Below, piece by piece: positions 28,600 through 39,143 of a stretch of DNA of 64,000 nucleotides. A program made the position numbers and the translations under genes. Within the stretch, counting starts at the first letter, position 1. Each line of letters begins with the position of its first letter. The notes under the pieces are model-generated. The model made no database searches and was not told the origin of the DNA. It worked only from the letters and a program-made list of their open reading frames with translations. The stretch is from a virus: IMG/VR virus record IMGVR_UViG_3300044633_000521. One strand, written 5' to 3'.

Positions 28600-30684
28600 A
28601 TGAGCAACAGTAACAACATCTATAACATCTTAGGCAAATTAAAAGGTATCACTGATACTGCGGCCTTAACACCAGAAACACCGGTAGAAAAAATCTATGA
28701 GAGTGTAGAAGCCAAAGGCGATATTATGGAGGCTGTTCGAAGCCTGGAATCTAAATTTCAAACTTTTAAAGAATCTGCTAAACCAGACTTCTTAGATATG
28801 GACAAAGACGGCGACAAGAAAGAGCCAATGAAGAAAGCCGCTAAGGAAAAAAAAGCTAAACCGTTTAGTAGCGACGACTACGATGAATACGGTGTACGTC
28901 ACTCCTCATCTTTTAATCAACCACCTAAGAAAGCAGTTAAAGATAAAAACAATGCCAAAGGTGCGTTTAAAGATATGTTTGGCGGTGACGCAAAAGATCT
29001 AACCAGCAAACTAAAAATTAAAGAAGGTCAAGGTCCATATACACTTGATGATCCTAAGCACCCTAAGTTCAAAGCAAACTACGAAAAATTTAAAAAATCC
29101 AACCCTGACTGTAAACTGGCAGACTTTGTTGCGGCTATGAAGAAGAAAGAAAAAAATCTTAGCGAAGCGGCCTACGATGAACCAGAAGCGCCAAATGCTG
29201 ATGCCATTGCTAAACGTAAACGTCTACAAGCACTAAAAGACCGTCAAGAAGACGAACGTGCTGAGCGTGGTGGTAGCAATACAAACACCCCAATCCGTAA
29301 AGTTGCTGGTAAAGCCTACGGTGGCGCTGCACAAAAAGATGATGTTAGTGATTTAGATGAAGTGGCACCTCCGGGCAAGAAAGCCGAACGTATGGTTAAA
29401 CACATTAAGAAAGGTTATGCTAAAGACGGTAATCTATCTAAGAAAGAAAAAGGCATTGCTTATGCTACCGCGTGGAAAGCTAAAAAAGCCGGACATGTAG
29501 AAGAAGGCTGTAAATTTGGTGACACCATTGAAAACTCTGCTCCTAAGATGAAAAAATCTAAACTAGCTAAACTTAAAGAAGCACGTGTTATGGAAGAAAC
29601 CGATTACTTCTACGAACAAATTGCTAAAGCATTGGCTGGTGTAAATCCACATTTAGACACAGCAGGTCCTGAGTTTGTTGATGCCGTACGTAAAGAAATG
29701 GTAGCACAAGGTATTGCTCCTAATAAAGCTAGAAACATTCTATTAATGGACGAAGATTTCTTAGGTGACGTAGCAACATCATACGGTCACTATTGTAAAG
29801 ATGTAGCAGAGTGTGGTGCTCCAATGAATAGTCATTTAGGCGGTGTAGAAGAGTTAGATGAGATTGCTAAACTAGCGGGCTTAACTGCTCCCACAGTAGA
29901 GCAATCTACAGGATTAGAACAATCAGATGACGTGATGGATGAAGGTAATGCGTTTACTGGTAAACTAGCTGCCACACCACAGGGCGAAAAGTTTGAGCTA
30001 GGCACCAAGGAGTTTACTGACACTAGTACCATTGAAGAGGCCGCAAGCCGTAAAGACTTCCGTATGGTAGCAGATTTAATTAAAAATATTCCAGATGAGG
30101 CTAAACGTAAAGAGTTAGCACAACATCACGCTGATATATTTAAACAACAAAACCCACGCTTCAGCCATGATAAATTCTATGCTGCCGCAGATGTTGTTAA
30201 TGAAGCTGATATGGCAGAAGGCAACGAATTTTCAGGCGCATTAGCGGCTGCTAAAGCCAGCGGTGCTAAAGAGTTTGAAGTTGACGGTAAACGTTACACA
30301 GTTAAAGAAGATATCAACGTTAGCATTACTGCTAATGGTCAAGAAGATGCGCTTAACTTATTCCGTAAGTTAGCAGGCATGGAAGAAGTAGAAGCTCCAA
30401 CAGCACTTGCGGTTGAATTGCCGCATGACGCAGAAACAGCGATCGCACAAGGCATTGTTGAACCTGTTGAAGTAGAAGTTGATGAAGAACGTGATATTGA
30501 ATATACTAATACACCAAACGAAAAAATTGGCCCAGTAAGTGCTGCTATTCCTAGCGGTGATGATTTACATCGTAGCAAGGAACAATTCCGCAAAGAATAC
30601 CCAGGTGACAATCCGATGGCTGTTAGAGAAGACAGCAACTTATGGAAAAAATACACAGGCATGTTAAAAGGATTATTAAAATGA
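28600..30684 (+). CDS. Charged low-complexity protein, probable protease-processed internal head polyprotein
   Basis: KPDFLDMDKDGDKKEPMKKA motif; many (L/I/V/M)-x-E sites; internal duplication EGNAFTGKLAA / EGNEFSGALAA. Confidence 0.6.
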   Translation: MSNSNNIYNILGKLKGITDTAALTPETPVEKIYESVEAKGDIMEAVRSLESKFQTFKESAKPDFLDMDKDGDKKEPMKKAAKEKKAKPFSSDDYDEYGVRHSSSFNQPPKKAVKDKNNAKGAFKDMFGGDAKDLTSKLKIKEGQGPYTLDDPKHPKFKANYEKFKKSNPDCKLADFVAAMKKKEKNLSEAAYDEPEAPNADAIAKRKRLQALKDRQEDERAERGGSNTNTPIRKVAGKAYGGAAQKDDVSDLDEVAPPGKKAERMVKHIKKGYAKDGNLSKKEKGIAYATAWKAKKAGHVEEGCKFGDTIENSAPKMKKSKLAKLKEARVMEETDYFYEQIAKALAGVNPHLDTAGPEFVDAVRKEMVAQGIAPNKARNILLMDEDFLGDVATSYGHYCKDVAECGAPMNSHLGGVEELDEIAKLAGLTAPTVEQSTGLEQSDDVMDEGNAFTGKLAATPQGEKFELGTKEFTDTSTIEEAASRKDFRMVADLIKNIPDEAKRKELAQHHADIFKQQNPRFSHDKFYAAADVVNEADMAEGNEFSGALAAAKASGAKEFEVDGKRYTVKEDINVSITANGQEDALNLFRKLAGMEEVEAPTALAVELPHDAETAIAQGIVEPVEVEVDEERDIEYTNTPNEKIGPVSAAIPSGDDLHRSKEQFRKEYPGDNPMAVREDSNLWKKYTGMLKGLLK

Positions 30685-30986
30685 GTTCAGACTTATTAAA
30701 AAAATATGCGATGATTGTTGAAAACGGTAGTTCATTAGAACAGCCAGTCCAAGAAGCACTTTGGGATGATGAAGGCACTAGCCACGCGGCTGATCTAATA
30801 GATCAACTCGAGGAAGCATTATCGGAAGCGGTTAGAATTGCGAATCAACTTGAATCTACTAAAGAAGTAGGTAATGTTGTTGGTGCATACACTCGCCCGT
30901 GGCTTGAAGCATTTTTGCGTAGTAATAGTCAAACAGGTTCTGTAACTGATCTACGTGGTAGACTAGAAGAAGAAGACGAATATTAA
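30681..30986 (+). CDS. Hypothetical protein
   Basis: ATGA overlap gives start MSSDLLKKY. Confidence 0.6.
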   Translation: MSSDLLKKYAMIVENGSSLEQPVQEALWDDEGTSHAADLIDQLEEALSEAVRIANQLESTKEVGNVVGAYTRPWLEAFLRSNSQTGSVTDLRGRLEEEDEY

Positions 30987-31339
30987 TGAAAATTAATGAA
31001 ATAGTTACTGAAGGTGATATTAGGAAGGGTTCTAAAAATGCTCTTCCTAATCTTCAGTCTTTTCCTCATTTAGATAATAACGCTAATCCGTACCTAGCAT
31101 ACCGCTTTGGTATTGAGCTAGCAGGCGCTCCTGATGTAGATGCTGATCAACGTGCCGGCACAGGCAGTGACTTTGTAACAATAGGCTACAGTGCTGCCGA
31201 TCAAGAAATAATTGATCATGCTAGTAAGAAGTTTGGCCTTAAACGCAAAACACATGGCGGCAAAGGTAGTGTTGAATCTAACAAAGCAAACAAAGTTAGT
31301 CCTGTAGCTAAACCTAAGAAAAACAAATACGGCGTATAA
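30986..31339 (+). CDS. Hypothetical protein (MKINEIVTE N-terminus)
   Basis: Translationally coupled ORF in the late operon. Confidence 0.65.
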   Translation: MKINEIVTEGDIRKGSKNALPNLQSFPHLDNNANPYLAYRFGIELAGAPDVDADQRAGTGSDFVTIGYSAADQEIIDHASKKFGLKRKTHGGKGSVESNKANKVSPVAKPKKNKYGV

Positions 31340-31566
31340 TGGACGAATTAGAACAACTTAGAGTGATGGCTGGCATCGGTAATAAAGCTGATCTTCAAGA
31401 ATATAGTGGCTATGGTAGTGTAGCAAAAACAGAAGGCAGTAATCCTAGCATTACAGCTAACGAAAAAATTCAATACCAAAACAACAATAACATCCAACCA
31501 GGCACACCAGAGTGGTTTAAACTTTGGTTTAGTATGCCTCATCTAACAGGCGAAAAGCCCTGGTAA
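31339..31566 (+). CDS. Hypothetical protein
   Basis: Coupled ORF with NIQPGTPEWFKLWFS; precedes the terminase gene. Confidence 0.65.
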   Translation: MDELEQLRVMAGIGNKADLQEYSGYGSVAKTEGSNPSITANEKIQYQNNNNIQPGTPEWFKLWFSMPHLTGEKPW

Positions 31567-31602
31567 TTTAACTCTCTAAACCAAGCCAGGATAAGTAACT
31601 AT

Positions 31603-33171
31603 ATGGCAACAGCAAAAGGTACAGATAATGTTCTAGTAAAGAAACCTCATCAGCAGGATTCGTTTACACACGAACAACTACAAGAATTTGCAAGGTGCGC
31701 AGATCCTATAACAGGACCCGAGTACTTTATGAGTAATTACTTTTATATCCAGCATCCCACTAAAGGGCGCATGCTATATCAACCGTTTACTTATCAAAAG
31801 CGTTTAATTGACGCCTATCACAACTATCGTTATAGTATATCATTGATGCCACGTCAAACCGGTAAGTCAACAAGTGCCGCGGGTTATTTGTTATGGTACG
31901 CAATGTTTGTGTCAGATAGTACTATTCTTATTGCCGCACATAAGTTTACAGGTTCGCAAGAAATCATGCAGCGTATACGCTACGCTTATGAAAGTGTACC
32001 GGACCACATACGTGCTGGAGCGGTAAGTTATAACAAAGGTAGTATAGACTTTGATAATGGAAGTCGTATTGTAAGTGCTACAACTACTGAAAACACCGGT
32101 CGTGGTATGTCTATATCACTACTGTATTGCGATGAGTTTGCGTTCGTTCGCCCTACCATAGGACGAGAATTTTGGACTTCTATTAGTCCCACACTAGCCA
32201 CTGGTGGTAAATGTATTATTACTTCAACTCCCAACAGCGATGAAGACCAGTTTGCTACCCTATGGAAAGGTGCTAATAAAACACTTGATGAGTTTGGTAA
32301 TACTACAGAACTAGGTGTAAACGGATTTAGAGCATTTCGTAGTTATTGGAGAGAACATCCAGATCGAGATGAAAAATGGGCCAGCGAGCAACGTGCGCAA
32401 TTAGGCGATGAGCGTTTCCGCCGAGAAATGGACTGTGAGTTTATTATTTGGGACGAAACACTGATTAATCCTGGCCACTTAGTTGAAATGGCAGGAATAG
32501 AGCCAATAGAACGACAAGGGCAAGTGCGTTGGTATAAAAAACCAAATCCTAGCATGACTTATATGATAGCGTTGGATCCTAGTCTAGGTACAGGCGGTGA
32601 TCCTGCAGCTATACAGATATTTGAATTACCTAGTTTCCAGCAAGTCGGTGAGTGGCAACATAATCGCACTATGGTACAACGTCAAATCGGTATCCTCAGC
32701 GAAATTACTAAGTATCTAGCAGAAACAGTACCAGTGAATAGCATTTACTACTCAATGGAAAACAATACCTTAGGTGAGGCAGCACTTATTAGTGTAAGTG
32801 AACTTGGTGAAGAAAACATTAAAGGTACATTCTTAAGTGAACCTAAGCAGTCTAGTTCTGGAAGAAGATATCGTAAAGGATTTAACACTACTAACAAGTC
32901 AAAACTAAGTGCCTGCGCTAAATTAAAAAATTTAATTGAAAGTAAACGCATGACTATTTGTAGTAAAAACTTAATTTCAGAACTTAAAACGTTTGTAGCC
33001 AATGGCCCTAGTTATGCTGCTAAACCGGGCGAAACCGACGATCTAGTAATGAGCTTGCTACTAGTAGTACGTATGGCAATGATGCTTCAATCATTCGACA
33101 GTCAGTTAGACAATGCAATGCGCGACACAATGGATGATGTGATTGAGCCAATGCCCTTTATAATGTTTTAA
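31603..33171 (+). CDS. Terminase large subunit (T4 gp17-like)
   Basis: Walker A PRQTGKST, Walker B LYCDEFAF, ITSTPN, nuclease ALDPS...DDLVM. Confidence 0.95.
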   Translation: MATAKGTDNVLVKKPHQQDSFTHEQLQEFARCADPITGPEYFMSNYFYIQHPTKGRMLYQPFTYQKRLIDAYHNYRYSISLMPRQTGKSTSAAGYLLWYAMFVSDSTILIAAHKFTGSQEIMQRIRYAYESVPDHIRAGAVSYNKGSIDFDNGSRIVSATTTENTGRGMSISLLYCDEFAFVRPTIGREFWTSISPTLATGGKCIITSTPNSDEDQFATLWKGANKTLDEFGNTTELGVNGFRAFRSYWREHPDRDEKWASEQRAQLGDERFRREMDCEFIIWDETLINPGHLVEMAGIEPIERQGQVRWYKKPNPSMTYMIALDPSLGTGGDPAAIQIFELPSFQQVGEWQHNRTMVQRQIGILSEITKYLAETVPVNSIYYSMENNTLGEAALISVSELGEENIKGTFLSEPKQSSSGRRYRKGFNTTNKSKLSACAKLKNLIESKRMTICSKNLISELKTFVANGPSYAAKPGETDDLVMSLLLVVRMAMMLQSFDSQLDNAMRDTMDDVIEPMPFIMF

Positions 33172-33184
33172 GATAAATAATACT

Positions 33185-35074
33185 ATGAGAGAAATTAATA
33201 AAATAGCCGAATCATTATTTGAAAAGATCCGTGATCGTTTCGAAGATGTCACGCTCGGTGACGAAAACGCCAAAGCTACACAAGAACCAGAAGAAGCGCG
33301 GTTTTTTAACTTTGACTATGTATCTGAAGGACACGACTACGGTAACATCACACTTAGTCTAATTGATGAAAATAGCCTTAAAGTCTACTTCAGCAAAAAC
33401 ATTAGCTCAGATCTAGACGAAGAACAAAAAAACACATGGTACGGATTCCTACGTGAACTACGTGAGTTTGCTAAACGTAACTTATTGAGCTTTGAGCCAC
33501 GTGATATTACACGTAGTACACTAAAACATCGTGACCTACAACAAGTAAGTAAGTCAGACAGCACATACGCCAAAGATGAAGTTGTATCTGAAAGTCGCTT
33601 ACACGGCACTAGTCGTAGCAGTTACGAAAATGACGGTAATGTGCGTATTATAGTACGTCATAGCCAGCCTGTAGTAGATGAAGTTAGAGGCGCACGTGCT
33701 CGTCACATTAATAGTATTTTTGTTGAAACACACGACGGCGAACGATTCAAATTACCACACAATAACTTAAAGTATGCTCGTGCTATGGCACGTCATATTA
33801 GTGAAGGCGGCAGTCTAATGGATGACTTTGGTCAACACATTACACGTATTGCTGAAGAATGTGGTAAACTACGTCCTTTTAAATCAGCAATGGTTCGTAG
33901 AACATTTGAAGATGCTGAAACACAATCGATGGTTGAAGCAGCATTTGAATACCACGGTTTATTAAATAATGCTCTTAAACGTATTGGTGGTCGAAAAGGC
34001 TATGCTGCGTGTAAAGAACATTTCCACAATGAAGAACATACATTGATGGACGATTACGACGCAGACAGTATGCGTGAACGTTTTGTTAAACGTACTTATA
34101 ACGATAAAATGGAAGATGCGCTACCTCTAGTGCAAAAGGCTTATAAAATGAAAAAAGAAAATAAATTTGCAGAACAGTTTGAAAGTTGGGCTAACAATGT
34201 AGCTGAAGGTACTTGGGCTAAACCAGAAGGTGAAGACCAAGTTTCGGAACTAATTGACCTATTAAGTGAACCACTTATTGTTGGAGTTGATGCGCAAAAC
34301 GCTACCAACGCACTGTATAATATTATAGGTGATGATAGATTATTTGATCAATTGGGTGAATTGGCAGAAGCAAATCCCGATGCCGATGCTCGTGATGTAG
34401 TTATGGTCTGGGTAGAAGAAAACATGCCAGAAATTTACGGGCAAATTATGTCTACTATTGGCGACGAAGATACTCCTGATCAATACAGTGAAGGTGATAC
34501 TTATGGTGCTAGTGGTATGGATGACCCAGTAGTTGACGAAGATAATAGCAGCAGTGATTGTTGTGAAGCTGTTCAATCAGCAATTATTCGTCGTATTATT
34601 AACCAACACAAAGACTTATTAGTACAACACGGCCCACAAGCAATTATGGATGCGGCTAGAGATGTTGCTGAATGGGTAGGTGATGTTGAAGAAATCGGTT
34701 CTAGCGATGTTAGTGCTTATGTTCAACAAGTTGTTGATCAGTTAGAAGGCAGTGGCGAACTAGCAGAAGGCAAAATGAAAGAAGTTGACATGGATCTTAC
34801 AGAACTGTCAGACGAAGAATTCCAGGCAAAATATGGCAAATCTAAAGAAGAAATGAAAGCAGCACTGGCAGAAGGTTACGAAGACCACGTTAACAAAGAT
34901 GAAAAACTAAAACGTATGGGCGCAAAAGACTTAAACTTTTTAGACAAACTTAAAACTATTCCTCATGGTATTAAGGCAATAGCTAAAGATGAACCAGAAG
35001 ACGATGTATCATTATATAACAAACAGTTTGATGAAGATATTGCGCAGATGCGCAGAATAGCAGGTTTAAAGTAA
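33185..35074 (+). CDS. Hypothetical late protein (629 aa, acidic C-terminus)
   Basis: TAAATA-N5-ATG; ends MRRIAGLK, echoing KLAGL motifs in the 28600 protein. Confidence 0.7.
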   Translation: MREINKIAESLFEKIRDRFEDVTLGDENAKATQEPEEARFFNFDYVSEGHDYGNITLSLIDENSLKVYFSKNISSDLDEEQKNTWYGFLRELREFAKRNLLSFEPRDITRSTLKHRDLQQVSKSDSTYAKDEVVSESRLHGTSRSSYENDGNVRIIVRHSQPVVDEVRGARARHINSIFVETHDGERFKLPHNNLKYARAMARHISEGGSLMDDFGQHITRIAEECGKLRPFKSAMVRRTFEDAETQSMVEAAFEYHGLLNNALKRIGGRKGYAACKEHFHNEEHTLMDDYDADSMRERFVKRTYNDKMEDALPLVQKAYKMKKENKFAEQFESWANNVAEGTWAKPEGEDQVSELIDLLSEPLIVGVDAQNATNALYNIIGDDRLFDQLGELAEANPDADARDVVMVWVEENMPEIYGQIMSTIGDEDTPDQYSEGDTYGASGMDDPVVDEDNSSSDCCEAVQSAIIRRIINQHKDLLVQHGPQAIMDAARDVAEWVGDVEEIGSSDVSAYVQQVVDQLEGSGELAEGKMKEVDMDLTELSDEEFQAKYGKSKEEMKAALAEGYEDHVNKDEKLKRMGAKDLNFLDKLKTIPHGIKAIAKDEPEDDVSLYNKQFDEDIAQMRRIAGLK

Positions 35075-35098
35075 AATAACAATTATAATATCAATTAG

Positions 35099-35126
35099 AA
35101 AAAGGCACTTTTATAGTGCCTTTTTT
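35099..35126 (+). terminator. Intrinsic (possibly bidirectional) terminator
   Basis: AAAAAGGCACT-loop-AGTGCCTTTTTT. Confidence 0.85.
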
Positions 35127-35146
35127 GTTGGCTGATAAGTATTATT

Positions 35147-36499
35147 ATGAATGTAGTTGTCTGCAACTTCCCACCAATGCCAAGTTGGAACTTACCGGGT
35201 GCCCCTGCTGTCTTATTAGGGGCAACTAAGTGGTTAGGTCTATCAGCGGCATTTCTTGATTTCAATAAAGACCCCAACGGTACTGTGTCATTCTGGGCAG
35301 AACAAATATTAGCGTTTGATCCAGAAGTAGTTGCTTTAAGTGTATTTACTTACAAGAGCAAACCCAAAGCACAGGAATTAGTAACGTTATTAAAACAGTT
35401 AAATCCCAAAATAACAATAGTAGCCGGCGGCAGTGGCATTAAAGATAGTATAAACGGCAAAGTGGCAATGACTGCTGACGTTTGTATAGAAGGTGACGGC
35501 GAGGTGCAGTGGCCAAAGTTTCTAACAGAGTTCTTTGGTATTGATAGACAATTAGATTTTACTCCAATGACAGCTCCCTATCTACCGTATTACGGTGATT
35601 ACGATGTTAACTTTTATAAACAAGAAGCTGAGAAAGTTGAACAACCGATCTGGGTTCCTATATCAGGATCTAGGGGGTGTGTACGTAAATGTACATTCTG
35701 TGAAATACACGAGCATTGGAAGTTTTCTCAACGTGCGCCCAAATCTATTGCGGCTGAAATAGAGCAGATCCTAACAACATTTGATCATGCCCATATCCAT
35801 TTTACTGACAGTTTAGTTAACGGATCACTGCCGGCATTTTATGAGTTGTTAGATCATCTGATTGAAATTAAACAGCGTTTCCCTAAATTTTCGTGGGGCA
35901 GCCAGTTTATTATAAGAAACGCTAGTCAGTCTAATGAAGATTACTGGCGCAAAATTGCAGCCTCTGGCAACATTGTTTTAGAGATAGGGGTAGAAACAGG
36001 CAGTGATAATCTTAGGCAGCAAATGAAAAAGAACTTTACTAATGCTGATTTAGATCATAGTTTAGAATACATGGATAAGTTGGGCCTTCGTGCCATTTTA
36101 CTTATGTTTGTTGGTTACCCTACAGAAACACTCGACGACTTTCATCAAACCCTAGCAATGCTAGAACGTTACAAGCATCTAGTAGGTAAAACAATTATAG
36201 AGTTACAGGCAGGCTACAATCTAAGTATCCACCCAGGCACACCGTTGTATACTACTAGTCGAGCAGATCCTAACATGATATTAACAAAAGAAGTAGGTAT
36301 ATGGTATAATAAGTCAAACCCTACATTAACTGCGGAAGAAAGAGTGCGCAGACGCAAACAGCTACAAGAAGTAGCAGTATCGTTGGGATATACTATGACA
36401 TACGATAATACTATTGCTATTAAAGAATTAGAAGGGCAACTCAAGCGTGATGCTATTATCATCGACATAGTAGAACGTAAGATTGGTAAAAATAGTTAG
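35147..36499 (+). CDS. B12-binding domain radical SAM protein
   Basis: N-terminal cobalamin-type domain (VVALSVF...IVAGG...GDGE); SRGCVRKCTFC; FTDSLVNG; IGVETGS; FVGYPTET. Confidence 0.85.
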   Translation: MNVVVCNFPPMPSWNLPGAPAVLLGATKWLGLSAAFLDFNKDPNGTVSFWAEQILAFDPEVVALSVFTYKSKPKAQELVTLLKQLNPKITIVAGGSGIKDSINGKVAMTADVCIEGDGEVQWPKFLTEFFGIDRQLDFTPMTAPYLPYYGDYDVNFYKQEAEKVEQPIWVPISGSRGCVRKCTFCEIHEHWKFSQRAPKSIAAEIEQILTTFDHAHIHFTDSLVNGSLPAFYELLDHLIEIKQRFPKFSWGSQFIIRNASQSNEDYWRKIAASGNIVLEIGVETGSDNLRQQMKKNFTNADLDHSLEYMDKLGLRAILLMFVGYPTETLDDFHQTLAMLERYKHLVGKTIIELQAGYNLSIHPGTPLYTTSRADPNMILTKEVGIWYNKSNPTLTAEERVRRRKQLQEVAVSLGYTMTYDNTIAIKELEGQLKRDAIIIDIVERKIGKNS

Positions 36500-36597
36500 A
36501 AATATCTCTTGCGAGATAAATATATATAACGTATAGTATATAGATGCTTATACGTTTTAGGCATATTAAAGACCAACTTAACATAAAGGAAATTATC

Positions 36598-37617
36598 ATG
36601 GCAACATCATTAGCAGAAATCAGAGCAAAACTACAAGCCCAAGAAAACCGTAGCAGCGGCAACGGTCAATCACAAGGCGACAACGCAATCTACGCACACT
36701 GGAACATTCCAGAGGGTTCAAACGCTAGAGTGCGCTTTCTTCCAAACGCAAATCCAAAAAACGACTTCTTCTGGGAAGAACGTTTAATGATCAACTTGTC
36801 TTTCGCAGGCATTAAAGGTCAAACAGACAGCAAACCAGTAACAGTACAAGTACCATGTGTAGAAATGTATGGTGAATCTTGCCCTGTACTAGCAGAAGTA
36901 CGTACATGGTTCAAGGATCCAAGTTTAGAAGAGATGGGTCGTAAATATTGGAAAAAGAAATCATACTTGTTCCAAGGTTTTGTTCGTGAAAATCCACTAA
37001 CAGATGACCAAGCACCTGCGAATCCAATTCGTCGCTTTATCATCAGCCCACAAATCTTTAACTTAATCAAGTCAGCGTTACTTGATCCTGAGTTAGAAAA
37101 CTTACCAACAGACTACCAAGGTGGTTTGGACTTTACAGTTAGCAAAACATCAAAAGGTGGATATGCTGACTACTCAACTTCAAAATGGTCACGCAAAGAA
37201 TCTGCGCTAACAGCAGAAGAAGCTGAATCTATCGAGAAGCACGGTTTGTATAATCTTAGCGAATTCCTTCCTAAGAAACCAAGCGATGTTGAGCTTAAAG
37301 TTATCAAAGAGATGTTTGAAGCATCAGTTGATGGTCAACCATACGATACAGAACGTTGGGGTGCTTACTATCGCCCACGTGGTGTGGCAGCAACAGCAGC
37401 TCCGGCAGCAACAGCTACAGCAGCTCCAGTAACGGCAGATCGCGCAGTAGAAAGTGAACACGTAGAAAGTAACCCTCCGTTCACTCCTGATCCTGTTGTA
37501 GTGGAAGATGAAGTGGCAGTTAGTGCTCCAACAGCACCAATAGCTACTCCAGCAGCTGGCGGCCAACGTGCTGAAGACATCCTAGCGATGATTCGTAACC
37601 GTCAAAAAACTAACTAG
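36598..37617 (+). CDS. Single-stranded DNA-binding protein (T4 gp32-like)
   Basis: Start MATSLAEIRAKL after AAAGGA; VRFLP, C...CPV, GGYADYSTSKW, acidic tail. Confidence 0.9.
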   Translation: MATSLAEIRAKLQAQENRSSGNGQSQGDNAIYAHWNIPEGSNARVRFLPNANPKNDFFWEERLMINLSFAGIKGQTDSKPVTVQVPCVEMYGESCPVLAEVRTWFKDPSLEEMGRKYWKKKSYLFQGFVRENPLTDDQAPANPIRRFIISPQIFNLIKSALLDPELENLPTDYQGGLDFTVSKTSKGGYADYSTSKWSRKESALTAEEAESIEKHGLYNLSEFLPKKPSDVELKVIKEMFEASVDGQPYDTERWGAYYRPRGVAATAAPAATATAAPVTADRAVESEHVESNPPFTPDPVVVEDEVAVSAPTAPIATPAAGGQRAEDILAMIRNRQKTN

Positions 37618-37627
37618 TAGTATATAG

Positions 37628-38272
37628 ATGTTATCTAGGTTAGATGAAATAATCTTTCCTAACCGCTGTGAAGTATTAGAAATAGTACCGTCACAGCGGT
37701 ACGTCTACCCCATCTTTAAAAATGGTAGCAGTTCCTTAGCAACGGAAGCTATAATACAGGGCTGGCGACCATTGCTAAATCAGCAGATCCGAAAGTTGGG
37801 TAGGATCGAAGTATTCCTCAGAGAGCCGTCTGTTCGGTTTATCTCTGGGGTTAATACTTTTATTACTGAAACTCTAATCCTAGAACCCAATCTAGATCCT
37901 AAAACAATACTATATTTTGCTGAAAACTATCTATTTTTAGATAGACATTTTTTACCACAATTCCATTGGCTAATTCAGTTAGCAAGATACGCAGATCCTA
38001 ACGTAATATTGTATCTTAGAGATATTGCTGAATTATCTGAGCTAACTACAGCTAAAGAAAACCAGCAAGAAGTCAATGAAGACCTACGATTACACCTGCT
38101 AAACAATCAACACATTATCAAATACAATAATTTAGATCGTGTGCTGATAGATAATTTTATAGGTAAAGAAACTACCTTAATAGAAATTGTAACATATATA
38201 CAAAATACACAACCTGTGCTATTCAATAAAATAATTAAACATAGTCGAGATATCGTTAATGTACTGCCCTAG
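37628..38272 (+). CDS. Sulfotransferase-like protein
   Basis: IFKNGSSSL (5'-PSB-like), LREPSVRFISG (3'-PB-like), DRHFLPQ. Confidence 0.55.
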   Translation: MLSRLDEIIFPNRCEVLEIVPSQRYVYPIFKNGSSSLATEAIIQGWRPLLNQQIRKLGRIEVFLREPSVRFISGVNTFITETLILEPNLDPKTILYFAENYLFLDRHFLPQFHWLIQLARYADPNVILYLRDIAELSELTTAKENQQEVNEDLRLHLLNNQHIIKYNNLDRVLIDNFIGKETTLIEIVTYIQNTQPVLFNKIIKHSRDIVNVLP

Positions 38273-39143
38273 ACTTGATCATTTTGTACGCTTTAATCCT
38301 AACGGTACTGTAGGCCGTTGTGGTCACATGATTGAGTCACCGCAGTTTGAAAATTTAACTGCTATGGATAGTAGTACGTGGCTTAAGAATATTAAACAAG
38401 AGTTTGCTGATGATACGTGGCCCATAGAATGCGTTCGTTGCAAAGAAACAGAAGCAATTAATAGTTCTAGTATTAGACTAAATGCTATTAAATTTGATAG
38501 AATACAACAGCAACCTGACTATTTGATAGTAGGCGGGGTGCTAGACAATGTATGTAACAGTGCTTGCCTAACCTGTGATGAAAATCACAGCACATTAATT
38601 GGCGGATTAAAAAGCAAAACGTACACTATAGTGGATAATTCAAATAAGTTTTGGGAATTGCCACTAGATAGAATTGTACATTTAGACATCAATGGCGGCG
38701 AACCTAGCTATAGTAAAAACTATAAACATATACTAGCTAACTTACCTACTAGCATTAAGTCAGTTAGACTAAACACAAACTGTAGCACAGTGTTAGAAGA
38801 ACTATTACCGTTAGCTGATCGCGGAGTTGACATCACAGTAACCGTTAGTTTAGACGGCATAGGCCCTGTACACGATCTTGTACGTTATCCCATCAAATGG
38901 GCCAAGTTCTATGCTAACCTACAGCGTTATATGGAAATGCCTGTAAAGTTGAATACATGGACTACTGTTAGCGTATTAAACATAGACGATTTACCTAACA
39001 TATTAGCGTTCGTTAAAGAGCATAAGTTAGATCACAGTTATGCTTATTTAAAACATCCATCTGAGTTAGATGTTAAAAATAAAGACACCCCGGAATCCTT
39101 GGCATACATACAACAACAAAAACAATTACGAGGAATAGAATGA
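38259..39143 (+). CDS. Radical SAM protein with N-terminal Cys cluster (twitch/SPASM-like)
   Basis: CNSACLTC, GGEP, N-terminal C..C..CxxC. Confidence 0.85.
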   Translation: MYCPRLDHFVRFNPNGTVGRCGHMIESPQFENLTAMDSSTWLKNIKQEFADDTWPIECVRCKETEAINSSSIRLNAIKFDRIQQQPDYLIVGGVLDNVCNSACLTCDENHSTLIGGLKSKTYTIVDNSNKFWELPLDRIVHLDINGGEPSYSKNYKHILANLPTSIKSVRLNTNCSTVLEELLPLADRGVDITVTVSLDGIGPVHDLVRYPIKWAKFYANLQRYMEMPVKLNTWTTVSVLNIDDLPNILAFVKEHKLDHSYAYLKHPSELDVKNKDTPESLAYIQQQKQLRGIE

